From a virus, in the IMG/VR virus record IMGVR_UViG_3300046167_000924, positions 64,001-128,000 of that record: a stretch of DNA of 64,000 nt. One strand, given 5' to 3'. Below the pieces are notes generated by a model. It did no database searches. It was not told where the DNA came from and worked only from the letters and a program-made list of their open reading frames with translations. A program made the translations under genes and the position numbers. Below, one piece after another: positions 20,139 through 30,761 of the stretch (its first letter is position 1; the number at the start of each line of letters is the position of its first letter).

Positions 20139-23100
20139 TTATTGCCGTCTTCCATTGCCATCTAAAACATTACGCAAGCAACTTGATTGCCCTTTCCTAG
20201 AGGAAATTGATTTAGCTTGGTTGAAGCTATCTGCACTAGCGTACTGCACTAAAATTGGAGTGCTTTTATCTAAATATACCATCATGCCCTTGCGAGGTTG
20301 TGAGGCTAACTCTTTTTCGTGCTTCTTGATTGAAGCGTTCATGTCTGCAATAAAATCTATCATTCCTAAAGTATGACACAAAAACGAAATTGTGTCAAGG
20401 CTTTTTGCAAAAATATTTCTAAGTTATTGCTCTTGAGTTATTTGAGTAAGAATATCACTCTCATCAACCCATCTGTGCTTTGATGCGTATGGAGAGAAAG
20501 TTTTTCTTTCGAGGGTCACTAATTCTATTTCCCAATGTTTGTGATCCATCATTTCGAGTTGATACTCGATTGCTTTCTTAGCGTTTTCTGCAAGATAATA
20601 ATGGTAGTTATGACCTCTTGAATTTCTGCTAATGTATTTTATTCTGTACTCAAATAGTTTTGGATATTTATTTGAGTTTTTTTTGTTCATTCTATTTTAA
20701 GTCTTCTATGTCTAGTTCTTCTACTTCTTTTACTGCTTTATTTAATCCTTTTCTGCCTTCAGTTATCTTCTCTCTACTGAAACCCCAAAATGTTATTTCC
20801 CATAATATATGAGCAACAATAGTGGTTTGATTAAACGCTTTTGGGGCAACAACTTGGCAGTCAATTATTTCTCCCCAATCCATAAAGTCTAAACCATAAT
20901 GTTCATCTTCATTATCATCGTAAAAACATACATCTATTATTTGCTCTTCTTCGTTTTCGACTTCATTTAAAACAACTAAATTTTTTGTTTTATTTTGTTG
21001 TTCGATAGACTTTAACTCTTTGAACGCTTGTTGAAATTTTATTGAAAACTCTACAACCTTATCTTGAGTGCGATCTTTTAAAAAAGTTTTATATATAACA
21101 TTGAAAATATTTTTATATGATTTTCTATACAATAATTCTCTTAATGTCATATATGTATATACACCTTATTTAATATAAATTTTCGTCAGTCCAATATATA
21201 TTTGAGAATAATACAAGGTCAACGCTATCCGCCTCTTCAATCTCTATTCCTACTGCATCTCCTTCGGGGACGACTTTATTTGTATCTTGATAAAAAAATT
21301 CTTCTACATCAGAAGCACAAGTTATCTGCCAATTATTTACATTTCTCACATTTTTTTTGTTCCAATTATTTGTATTGTTCATATATTAAAAATCTTGATC
21401 GAATTCATCTTCGTCTAGGTTGTCTAGTTCTAGGAATTTATAAAGCCAAGTAGAAAACTCTTGCAAGTCATATAAGAATCTTTTTGTATTATTATTTGCT
21501 ACCCAAAACATTTGTTGTTGCAATAGCATTCCATGCCTTTCTGATATTTCTTCTAATTTGGAAACAGGTAAATCTTCGGTACAAGTTTCATACATTAAAT
21601 TAATTGCTTCCATTTTTCTGGAAATTTCTTCGTCATAATCTTCTTGCATATCTATGATCCGATGGTTACTAATTCTATTATTTCACGAACATGAGTTTGC
21701 AACTCAGTTTCTAGTCTATTTGCTAACATTTCTCTAGCACTTTCACTTTTGATATTTAATTGTGAGTCTCGCAACTCCTCTAAAACTTTAAGGATTATTT
21801 CTTTCATATTCACCTATTATATCATACCCATTGTTATTTGTCAAGAATATTTTTAACCTTCGTAATTGTCAAATTCATTTGATTCGGGATCAAAGATCGG
21901 AAAAAGATAACTTATTTGCGTTCCATCTTTTTCTTCTTCCATGATTGCTTCGTATCTTATTTCACCTCTCGCTTCGTGCCATAGTCCATCTACCATAATT
22001 CCGCTTTTAAAAACAGAGGAAAATGTATGATCCATGTGGAATCTAACATATCTTTTACTTCTCTCCCCTACATTCATTTGACTCTTTCAAGCATAAAGCT
22101 AAAGATTCTAAATCGAATCGAGATTGAGTGGAAGTAGCAAAAAGATTTCTGTTATCCATTTGATTCCATATTTGTTTGCATAAAGAAATTTTTTCAATTA
22201 AGTCAAGCTCTTTCATTTGATTCACAATTTCTCTCCAAAAAGAATATGACTTTCTGCCTCTTATTTGTTTTTCTTTGTGGAATAATTTAATATTATTTGC
22301 TTTGATTAAATCTTCAAAATCTAAATATTTAAAAGTGCAAAATTTGTTATCTAATAAAACTTCTCTCATCGAATAAATAACCAAATACTCATGGCGACAA
22401 TTAATATTATATTTACTACAATAACTAAAATGGCACTTTTATCACCCATCAAATGCTACCTTTCCGTTTTTATAATTAAATAAAACTTTTGTTATTTCTG
22501 TATTTATTTGATGATGTTCATTTTCTTCATTAGGTGGATCAACATGATATGCCGAGCAACCCCATTCGTACCCATCAAAATCATCATACTTTTGCCCAAA
22601 GTTCGCCTCGTGAATATTGTAGTCAATAAAATTTCCATTATTTGATGGAACGCTATTCCAATAATCAAAATTATCTCCATCAGTTTCGATGTCAGGATTA
22701 ACTTCAACTTTTTTTATGTGCGATAACGCTTTATCAATTATCAATAATTCAACTTCTTTATCTAATTCTAATAACATTCTCTTATTTATCCTTATTTGCT
22801 ATTGTTCCGTTTTTAATTAAACGCTCGAATACATTCCACATTTTTTGATAGCGAGTATCGTGCATTTGTTTCATGCCAATCAACATATTTAATAGTTGAT
22901 CCTCAGTATGTTTGATTGGGGAATCTCCAATCGCATATATAATTGTTTCTATGTCTTGACCTATTTGGTGCAAGTCACTCATTGCGTCTTCTAATTCAAA
23001 TCTGTTCATGCTTACGACTATACAATATTTTTAAAACTTTGTCAAGCCTAATCTTCGGTTGACTTTATTATTTTAGAAATTGATGCAGTATATAATCTTT

Positions 23101-23235
23101 TTCTGCCCATTAACTGCTTGTATTTTTTCTTGGCTTTATCTAGCGAATTAAATATTTGCCATTCATTAATGTGCAAGGGACTTTGCTTTATTGTTAAAGC
23201 CCATGCAACAATGTATTTTTCATTATTGGCTGACA
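20139..23235 (-). other. run of small hypothetical ORFs (20139-20381, 20424-20690, 20692-21150, 21170-21382, 21386-21649, 21853-22077, 22055-22384, 22442-22777, 22782-23009, 23048-23236)
   Basis: Co-oriented ORFs; 20692-21150 carries a recurrent phage motif, MDWxE...AHILWEITFWGF. Confidence 0.65.
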
Positions 23236-23242
23236 TGGAGTT

Positions 23243-23521
23243 CTATATATCAAGTTGATCTTTGGTTAGTCTATGCAAAGTTTCCAATCTATCTTCCGCA
23301 TCTGCAAGAAGAGATAATGCTTCTTCTGCATTTTTGTAAAAATCTTCGGTTGAATGATCTCCGATGCCAACTGCATTTGAACCTAGTAAATCTAGGCTTA
23401 ACTTGGCTTTGGCTACATCTGCTTTTGCGGATGTTTTTAACATTTGATATAAATTATTATTCATCTTCATTCGTAAATAATAACATAAAACTTGCCCCAA
23501 TGCAATAACAAAGTACGCCAA
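23243..23521 (-). CDS. conserved T4-like phage hypothetical protein
   Basis: NAVGIGDHS...LADAEDRLETL resembles the common VGIGEH family; the true start is probably internal. Confidence 0.6.
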   Translation of the reverse strand: MAYFVIALGQVLCYYLRMKMNNNLYQMLKTSAKADVAKAKLSLDLLGSNAVGIGDHSTEDFYKNAEEALSLLADAEDRLETLHRLTKDQLDI

Positions 23522-23556
23522 TCGCTAAAAAAGTTCCTTTAATCCAATCTAAAAAT

Positions 23557-23832
23557 TTATTCATTTGAGTATGGTTTTACATCTCCGTTTTGAACGATTT
23601 TAACTTCTTCATAGACTCCGATTTTTCTTCTGTATATTTCCATTTTAACACATTCTAATGCTCCAATGATGTCGTTATATGTTTGGTATGACTCTTTATT
23701 TTGCGAAAGGTATTCTGCAATTAGCTTGTGAATTGCATAATTTAACCCGCCCGCATCTTTAAATTCGGATAAATGAGAGGCGACTAGCCCTCTATCTATT
23801 TTTTCTTTTTGTGATGATGATATATATGGCAT
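23557..23832 (-). CDS. DUF6899-like conserved phage protein
   Basis: MPYI...GGLNYAI...YNDIIGALECVKMEIYRR...YEEVKIVQNGDV. Confidence 0.7.
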   Translation of the reverse strand: MPYISSSQKEKIDRGLVASHLSEFKDAGGLNYAIHKLIAEYLSQNKESYQTYNDIIGALECVKMEIYRRKIGVYEEVKIVQNGDVKPYSNE

Positions 23833-23870
23833 GGCGATATTATATTTGATTTGTTTGAAAATGTCAAGCG

Positions 23871-24521
23871 TTATTTATTTGATTGTTTATAAATACTATA
23901 TTTGTGCGTTTTTGAAAATGCGTTTTTAAAGTATGTAAAAAACTCTGCTTCTCTAGCGTGAATATTATAACCATCGTTATCGAATATTCTGTACAATGAT
24001 GTTTTAAATCTCATTGGTAGATAAAAATTTTCTTTTATACATTTCTTGATGAATACAACTGCATGATCTAATACCTTTCGGGATATTTTATTTGATTTAA
24101 ATTTGTTTTTAATAAAAACTAAATATTCTTTTGCTTCTTTAAATGCTTGTTCTTTTTGGTATTCTTCGTATGTAGGTTCTCTTCCTGCGATGTCTCTCCC
24201 AACATCTTCTTCTGTTGTGAGTTTTTTAGCAGTTTTTTTTTCGCTTATTTTATTTCGGCATTCTATATTTGATTTATACATTTCTGCTTGCCGTTTCATT
24301 TCGTCTTTTTCTTTTTCTTTTAAAGTGTTGATCGCAGTAGATTCGTTCATCTTGCCATGAATAACCTTTCTAACATTCATGTCAATAGATCGACAAGTTA
24401 ATCTATAAGGAAAATTCTTGCAAAGAAAGCGATAGAATTGACCACTTATTTTGCCGTGTTTTAATTGTTTATGCAAGAATCTTCTGTAGTTGCAATTTTT
24501 TGTATTGTGCAATGTTTTCAT
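23871..24521 (-). CDS. hypothetical basic protein
   Basis: 216-aa ORF, co-oriented. Confidence 0.65.
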   Translation of the reverse strand: MKTLHNTKNCNYRRFLHKQLKHGKISGQFYRFLCKNFPYRLTCRSIDMNVRKVIHGKMNESTAINTLKEKEKDEMKRQAEMYKSNIECRNKISEKKTAKKLTTEEDVGRDIAGREPTYEEYQKEQAFKEAKEYLVFIKNKFKSNKISRKVLDHAVVFIKKCIKENFYLPMRFKTSLYRIFDNDGYNIHAREAEFFTYFKNAFSKTHKYSIYKQSNK

Positions 24522-24993
24522 ATGTACATATTTTAGCTTTTTATCGACATATATTTAAAATGTGTCGATTTTATAAGCATATTATTTTTGTTTATTTGTT
24601 TTTTTATCTCCCCAAAAGCCACAAACACATGGCTTATTATTTTTTTGATTCGCTCCTTCTTGGAAGCCTTTTTCATATGATTGGTTTGCGTTTTTACTTA
24701 ATATTTTTTCAAATTTTCTCGATAAGATTTCTTGTGCATCTGCGAAGCCTTTGTTGTACCCACGCTCGTAGTATATGTTTTCTGCCATGTGTTCTATCAT
24801 GTCGTTGTTCATATTATCTCATATTTTTGTGTGTTTGTCAATCTTTTTTTTATTTATTGTTGTTTTCCAAACCTTGTGATTTGTATCTAGCTTCATGCTC
24901 CAATACATTATTTTGCTATAGACAGGGTACAGAAAGGCGAATAAATCACAATACAATAAAAAACTTAATGCATGACCGCAATAATACAAAAAA

Positions 24994-25284
24994 TTACTTG
25001 CAATCAACTTCATCTATTTTAGCTTTTACCGCTTCTTCGCAGAGTTCGTTGAATGTTATATTTTTTTCATGTGCGAATGTCATGTATTTGAGTAATTCTT
25101 CTTTATCAAATTCTAGTTCTACATTTTCATATTTTACTTTTTTAATAATAAATGCTTCATCTTGAGGAATAAACTTTAATTCATCCCCCTCGTTCCATCC
25201 TAACCTATTTAAAACATCATCGGGTAAGCGAAAATATAATTCGCCATCAAAACTTTCTTTAACTTCTAGTTCTGAAACTTTCAC
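24994..25284 (-). CDS. AbrB/MazE-like DNA-binding protein with a C-terminal helical domain
   Basis: DGELYFRLPDDVLNRLGWNEGDELKF is a swapped-hairpin signature; C-terminal AHEKNITFNEL. Confidence 0.7.
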   Translation of the reverse strand: MKVSELEVKESFDGELYFRLPDDVLNRLGWNEGDELKFIPQDEAFIIKKVKYENVELEFDKEELLKYMTFAHEKNITFNELCEEAVKAKIDEVDCK

Positions 25285-25459
25285 GAATATCTTTTAATAG
25301 AGTTTACGATTGCCATTGCTCCTTCTTTGTTTTTGGTCATAATCGCTTCTCCTGTTGATAAGGAAATTTTCCAGAAATTATCTCTGCGTTTTACATAAAC
25401 TACATTAGTAGGATTTATGTAATAACTTTCATTATTTGCGTCTTCTATTGTTATCATTT

Positions 25460-25831
25460 TTAGTTAAACATATCGTCCGATTTTTTATAAAGATCGTCTT
25501 GAAATTTTTGAACTTTGTCTTGGTGCTTCGCTTCGTCCCAACCTTTTGCGTAACCTTGGTTGTAAGCTTCCGCATGATCTTCTTCTTGTTTAAGATACAT
25601 TGGGTGGTCGGGGTCGGTATAATTATATTTTTTATGACCTTGCATATTTTCGTCTCTCTCTTCTTGAGTAAACCATTTATATTCAGTATTAAATAATTCA
25701 TCTACATTGCTCGGATGGTAGCCCATGCTCACTAATAAACCCTTGAGCATATCTCCGATACTTTCTATATCTGTATCGTTATCGTATTCAACGCTATAAG
25801 TTTTATCGTAACTTGTAATTGTTATTTTCAT
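25460..25831 (-). CDS. hypothetical protein
   Basis: ORF track; co-oriented. Confidence 0.65.
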   Translation of the reverse strand: MKITITSYDKTYSVEYDNDTDIESIGDMLKGLLVSMGYHPSNVDELFNTEYKWFTQEERDENMQGHKKYNYTDPDHPMYLKQEEDHAEAYNQGYAKGWDEAKHQDKVQKFQDDLYKKSDDMFN

Positions 25832-26158
25832 TATTTATTTCCAATCTTTCTCTAGTATGTATTTCTTTGCAACTCTGTTTGTTTTAAATGCTTTATTTTT
25901 TTCTTGCGATTCATATTTTGATAATATGGCACTGCTTAATCTTGCATAAGATGCTCGTGCAGTTGTGTCAATTAATATATATTTGTATAATTTTGGATTG
26001 TTTTCTATCATTTTTAATATTTATTGTTTTCATTTTTTAAACTTATTGTCTATCCAAACCTTGTAGGTATATAGAGCCATCAATATAAAAGTCAACATCA
26101 AGCCGTCTCCCCAAGATAAATTCCACAACTCTATTATTTGATCCATGAAACTATTCTA

Positions 26159-26302
26159 TCACTTATCTCTTATTTTGTCAAGCTTTTTTTTGACACTCTT
26201 CCATTTTATTTTAGAGTAGTTGTCTTGAAATTGTTTTGAAATATTATTCCGAGGCGAGTCGCCTTTGCCGTTTTGATTATTTGATGATTTGCCTTTTGTC
26301 AT
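26159..26302 (-). CDS. 47-aa small phage protein (GKGDxPR...NY..I.W type), overlapping the 3' end of the HNH gene
   Basis: Manual translation: MTKGKSSNNQNGKGDSPRNNISKQFQDNYSKIKWKSVKKKLDKIRDK. Confidence 0.55.
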   Translation of the reverse strand: MTKGKSSNNQNGKGDSPRNNISKQFQDNYSKIKWKSVKKKLDKIRDK

Positions 26303-26864
26303 TTTTAATTTTCCATATTCCTTCTGAATATATTAACCTACTATTTTCGTTAAAATGTATCTCTCCGTGACAATTTTTACATAAGAGCATACATTTATCA
26401 AGCTCTTTTTTAACAATATCTGAAAAAGTTTTAGATGTAAGTTTGCCAATTTCAAAATCTTTTTTTGAGCGATCTTTATGGTGAAACTCTAACGCCCCAA
26501 TAGATTCATTATAGCCACAAATTTCACATTCGCCACCTTTGTAATCAACGCATTGTTGGGTGAAATTGTATTTTCGCATAGAGGATTCTGCACTTTGACA
26601 ATATTTGCAGTAAGTTGCTCCATTAATAATTTTTTTTCCATTTCGGGTTCGATTGTTAAATTCTTTTATTGATAATATTTCTAAGCAACATGGACATTTT
26701 TTAATCCCAAGTTTTTTTAATTTTTCTTGCTTGGTAATTAAATTAAATTTATTAAAATAGTAAACTATATTTGAATTAGAACAATTTAACCACCTCGCTA
26801 TTTGCCTTCTAGTTAAACCTTCAGATATTTTTTTCTCTAATATTTCTTTGCTTATTTCTGTCAT
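26277..26864 (-). CDS. free-standing HNH homing endonuclease with N-terminal HTH and Zn-finger
   Basis: GLTRRQIARWLNCS (HTH), CPCC/CKYC, GGECEICGY...LEFHH...KCMLLCKNCHGEIH. Confidence 0.85.
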   Translation of the reverse strand: MTEISKEILEKKISEGLTRRQIARWLNCSNSNIVYYFNKFNLITKQEKLKKLGIKKCPCCLEILSIKEFNNRTRNGKKIINGATYCKYCQSAESSMRKYNFTQQCVDYKGGECEICGYNESIGALEFHHKDRSKKDFEIGKLTSKTFSDIVKKELDKCMLLCKNCHGEIHFNENSRLIYSEGIWKIKNDKRQIIK

Positions 26865-27151
26865 TTTACATAAAATATATAAACATAATTACAATTCCCG
26901 CGATAATGAGTAACTCAATAATAAAACTCCAAGGATGGTACATATATTTATCAACTTATTTGCCGTAAACTAAGAAATCTTTGACCTCGATAACTAAAGG
27001 TATAAAATCTGAGTATATTAATCCTACTGATAGGCATATGCCTACAACCATTAAAAATATATCTTCTAATGTATCTCTATTGAATTCCATAAAAATATAT
27101 TAACATAAAAATCTAAAGTTGTCAAGTGGTTTGTTTGGTGTAATATGATTT

Positions 27152-27988
27152 ATGACCGACCAACCTAAATTTGATGATTCGAGTGAAATTGTGCCGCATC
27201 GCAATTTTACAATACCTTTTAATTATGTATGGGAGCGAGAAAGCGAGTGTTGGATTCCAATGGAAGAAGGTTTTGGCGGTTCATATTTGGACAAGATAAC
27301 ATTCAATGCTAGTGCGTTTGTTCATAAATTTGGAAGCAATCCAAGTATCAAAAATAGCGGGTTATCAGTTAGTAGCCCCGAAACCATTTGGGACGGATCA
27401 AATGAATATATTTTCCCAAGTAATAGTGGAGAGATTATGGAAATTGTGTCATCCGATGGATCAGATACTCAAGATGTGGTTGTTCAAGGTTTAGATGAAA
27501 ATTTCTTAGAAAAGACTTGGGTGGGCACACTCGAAGGTTCAACTCCTATTAATATTGGAACTTGGACACGCATATTTCGGGCGTATAACGATGGAAATGT
27601 CGATTTCGTGGGAAGCATAACAATCAATGAAGTTGGAGGTTCGATTGATTATATTAAAATTCTTGATGGAAACAATCAAACATTAATGTGCGTATATACA
27701 ATACCCGCCGATAAAATTGGTTATTTAACAAAATATAGTTTGAGTGCCCAAAAGCCAAGTTCAGCAAGTATTAATTTTACTGCACAAATAAGGACACGCG
27801 AATTTGGCAAAGTATTTCGAGTTCGCGAAATTGTATCTTTTGGAACAGATCACGACACACAAAGAAGTCTTGACTTCCCAACAAAACTACAACCAAAAAC
27901 AGATATAATATTTAATATTGTAGATTCAGATGGCAACAATGGTGCAGTTAATGCTGATTTTGATATTGCATTGCACGATTTAAGCTAA
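27152..27988 (+). CDS. conserved phage protein, possibly virion-associated
   Basis: VHKFGSN...ETIWDG...VVVQGLDENF...RIFRAY is a recurrent beta-rich phage family. It lies on the opposite strand to its neighbours, with GTGTAA 14 nt upstream. Confidence 0.7.
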   Translation: MTDQPKFDDSSEIVPHRNFTIPFNYVWERESECWIPMEEGFGGSYLDKITFNASAFVHKFGSNPSIKNSGLSVSSPETIWDGSNEYIFPSNSGEIMEIVSSDGSDTQDVVVQGLDENFLEKTWVGTLEGSTPINIGTWTRIFRAYNDGNVDFVGSITINEVGGSIDYIKILDGNNQTLMCVYTIPADKIGYLTKYSLSAQKPSSASINFTAQIRTREFGKVFRVREIVSFGTDHDTQRSLDFPTKLQPKTDIIFNIVDSDGNNGAVNADFDIALHDLS

Positions 27989-28996
27989 GGCTTTTTGTAG
28001 TAAGCGAATAGCTTTGTCTTTGCCTTTAACTTCACATTCCCACTTTGCGGGTCGATCTACATCTATAGCAATATGAGGGGGAGTATTTCCAAGGGCGAAA
28101 TAATCCGCGTGTGCTCTTGGTTTTTCTGGCTTACCTTCAGACCAATGAAATACAGGAGCAAAATAATCTGCCACTGCCTCGCATTCATCGTTATGGGGTT
28201 TGTCTGTATTTACCCATGTGTAAGCACATCTCTCTGCTTGAAATGTAATATTGCGTTCCTCTGATGGATTGCAAAAATCATGCAAATTGTCATAGCAGAC
28301 AGGTATTTGAGCTCCGAATGTATCATATAAGTGGTCGCTAAATTTTATGCAGTTGTCTACATTGAAAAAACCTTTGTCTTCATTTTCTATAGTTAGTCGT
28401 TTGTAAACCCCTTTGTCGCACATAGAAAGATTGCGGAAAAATCTGGTAGCAACGATCTCTAATGTTTCATCTGCTTGCGGAGTGTAATTAATATGAATAT
28501 TCATTGGAGCATTATGATTTTGGGGTAAACCCAATTGATCAAGAACGCTTGCTTGAAAATTTAATTCGTTGATCGTTCGTTTTACTGCATCTTTATTATT
28601 TGAAGCAAGAACATTAAATTGATCGGGATGAGAGCCAATAGAGATTCTCAATGTTTGAGCAATTAACCCCGCTTGCCTTAGTTCTTGTTTGATCGAGGCG
28701 TAATTCGGAAGCTCTTCAAGAGATATTTCCAAAGTTTGATCGGTAAGGAGAGGGAAAAGAGAAGAACTAAGACGATAATGCCTAATATTTGTGGCACTAC
28801 AATGATTGACAATATATTGAGTAACAATAACATTGTGCAAAATTCTTTGAGAGAGTTGGTTAAGTGCTTCATTTCTACCTTCTGAGTTACACAAGTCGTT
28901 AAATCGCTTGCGGGTCATTGTACGAAATGAGTATTTCTTTTTATCTTTATCTTTTAATTCTTCGCTAATGCAAGTTAATCCTAGTATTGTTGTCAT
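27980..28996 (-). CDS. uvsE: UV damage endonuclease (UvsE/UvdE)
   Basis: HYRLSSSLFP, SHPDQFNVLAS, NIHIN, RLTIENEDK, YDNLHD, HWSEG, AHADY, CEVKGKDKA. Confidence 0.93.
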   Translation of the reverse strand: MTTILGLTCISEELKDKDKKKYSFRTMTRKRFNDLCNSEGRNEALNQLSQRILHNVIVTQYIVNHCSATNIRHYRLSSSLFPLLTDQTLEISLEELPNYASIKQELRQAGLIAQTLRISIGSHPDQFNVLASNNKDAVKRTINELNFQASVLDQLGLPQNHNAPMNIHINYTPQADETLEIVATRFFRNLSMCDKGVYKRLTIENEDKGFFNVDNCIKFSDHLYDTFGAQIPVCYDNLHDFCNPSEERNITFQAERCAYTWVNTDKPHNDECEAVADYFAPVFHWSEGKPEKPRAHADYFALGNTPPHIAIDVDRPAKWECEVKGKDKAIRLLQKALA

Positions 28997-29072
28997 GCTC
29001 TAATTGTAACAGATGTTTATACCTCTGTCAAGATTATTTAAGTGTAATAATGTATAACGCAATAAAGTTATT

Positions 29073-29159
29073 ATGCAAACGCTCGTTGATCTGTGGAACT
29101 TATTTCTTATCGCTTATGTGATATTTGCCTTGGGTATCATATTTTTACCCCGAAAATAG
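29073..29159 (+). CDS. 28-aa hydrophobic peptide
   Basis: MQTLVDLWNLFLIAYVIFALGIIFLPRK; GTGTAAT upstream at 29042. Confidence 0.45.
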   Translation: MQTLVDLWNLFLIAYVIFALGIIFLPRK

Positions 29160-29264
29160 TTAATATCCTCTAAAATATTTTAAAATAGGCTCAATCAAAA
29201 GGTAATACCAAAAAGCGAAAAACATTAAAGTAAAATCAAATAATTTTCTTAAAATTTTCTTCAC
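29160..29264 (-). CDS. 34-aa hydrophobic peptide (GTG start)
   Basis: MKKILRKLFDFTLMFFAFWYYLLIEPILKYFRGY; GTGTAA exactly 14 nt upstream, as for five other genes. Confidence 0.55.
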   Translation of the reverse strand: MKKILRKLFDFTLMFFAFWYYLLIEPILKYFRGY

Positions 29265-29277
29265 TCATGTATTTACA

Positions 29278-29640
29278 CTATCTTAGTTCGTCGTATACCC
29301 TATAGGAGTCTGAGTTTTTATGAAATGTACTTGCTTCAATTAGTCTGACTGATCCATTGTGAGCAATGAGTTGGTGAGGCTGGCCTTGTTCTATTTCGTA
29401 TTTATCTCCCTCTTTTAAGATAATTCGGCTTGATTGCCCGATTTTTGTAGAAATTAATTCAAGAGCAAGCTGACCCTCTAATATGTAAAATACTTCATGC
29501 TTTTCCAGATGAAAGTGCATAGATGTGTGGCGATCTTCTTTAATAAATAATTCTTTACCGCAATAATTTTCTTTTTCATTATTTGCGAACCATATTTCAT
29601 GTCCCCATCTTTTTTCTACGAATTTACTTTTTGTTTCCAT
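29278..29640 (-). CDS. cupin-domain protein (sugar isomerase-like)
   Basis: KRWGHEIW, SMHFHLEKHEVFYILEG, GQPHQLIA, EAST. Confidence 0.85.
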   Translation of the reverse strand: METKSKFVEKRWGHEIWFANNEKENYCGKELFIKEDRHTSMHFHLEKHEVFYILEGQLALELISTKIGQSSRIILKEGDKYEIEQGQPHQLIAHNGSVRLIEASTFHKNSDSYRVYDELR

Positions 29641-29641
29641 T

Positions 29642-29906
29642 TTATTTGTATTTTAATATAGCTTCTTCTAAAGCTTCTATTGCTGTTCTTATTTTAATAT
29701 ATTGTTCGATTTTTGTTGTGTCGAGGACACAATTTGATCTTGGGGCTACTGTTTTTTTCTCCAATTGATTCAAATATCTCTGATGCGTTGGAATGCTTTA
29801 GTATTCCTTTGTATCTTGACATGTCATTTTTCATAAAACTTTCGATTGAGGTTCCAGAAGTTCTAGGTATATGAATAAAGATAATTTTATGAAAATCGTC
29901 TATCAC
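29642..29906 (-). pseudogene. deletion scar: sulfotransferase N-terminus joined out of frame to the C-terminal tail of an RmlD-like reductase
   Basis: One frame reads IIFIHIPRTSGTSIE (PAPS-binding start) and stops at 70 aa. After the A7 run (29752-29758) another frame reads KTVAPRSNCVLDTTKIEQYIKIRTAIEALEEAILKYK*. Confidence 0.6.
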
Positions 29907-29915
29907 TTTATATAA

Positions 29916-30761
29916 TCAGTTATTTTTTCGTGATGCTGCATGTTGGTAGTTGTGTTTTAGTATTTTATTTACATTTATTATGAATTCTTTCCATTCTTTT
30001 TTTGTTTTATTGCATAGAGTTTTAACTTCTTTTATTATTGCCGATATTCTTTCGTCTCTATCCTGTATTTCGTCATAACTTTCATCAATGTAAGGGTGAA
30101 ATGTTTTAAAGCCGTCTTGCTTTAACAATTTTAATGCTTGGTAATTACCTGCCATAATAAATGGATGCTTCATCCAGAAACACTTGTAAGTTTTTTCTGT
30201 ATAACGATTTGATCTATTTGTCATTTCCGTTTCTTGAACCAAGCTGAATCGAGAATATTTATAAAAATCTTCATTTATTTCCGCCCACGCTTTGCGAATT
30301 TTTTTTATAGATTTGTCATAATCAATGATTTTTGGTAAATCTGGAAGCTTTAAATTATGGTTTGATTTAATAGACCCACAAGACCAGAGATTTCCTTTTA
30401 ATAAATCATGGACAAACAAACTGGATAATACATGAAGTTTATCTTCTCTTGGATACCCGCACAAATATGTGAAATTATATTTATATTCATCATACGTGGG
30501 TGGTATAATTTTTTCGTACAATTGCCAACAAAAGTTTTTATAGAAAATGGATTTATCATCTGAGATTTTTTGATTCATGGTGTTGAAAATGCAAGGTCGT
30601 TTATATTCTCGTGAATATTGCTGAGTTAATTTATGCAATAATTCTTTTGTGTAGTAAGAGTGATCTTCAAAAGAGCTATCTAATATAATAAGTTCATCTT
30701 TGATAATTATTCTATAATTTAACATTTTTATTTTGTATTTATATTTGTATCCATTCTTCAA
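29916..30761 (-). CDS. phage glycosyltransferase-like protein
   Basis: FSLVQETE...TEKTYKCFWMKHPFIMAG...GFKTFHPYIDESYD, a motif set common in aquatic phage sugar-modification clusters. Confidence 0.55.
   Translation of the reverse strand: MKNGYKYKYKIKMLNYRIIIKDELIILDSSFEDHSYYTKELLHKLTQQYSREYKRPCIFNTMNQKISDDKSIFYKNFCWQLYEKIIPPTYDEYKYNFTYLCGYPREDKLHVLSSLFVHDLLKGNLWSCGSIKSNHNLKLPDLPKIIDYDKSIKKIRKAWAEINEDFYKYSRFSLVQETEMTNRSNRYTEKTYKCFWMKHPFIMAGNYQALKLLKQDGFKTFHPYIDESYDEIQDRDERISAIIKEVKTLCNKTKKEWKEFIINVNKILKHNYQHAASRKNN

Noticed and set aside
24500-25165. 221-aa plus-strand ORF, and similar antisense ORFs throughout the track
   Set aside because: They lie opposite well-packed minus-strand genes, have F/L/I/Y-rich shadow composition, and have no promoter or motif support.
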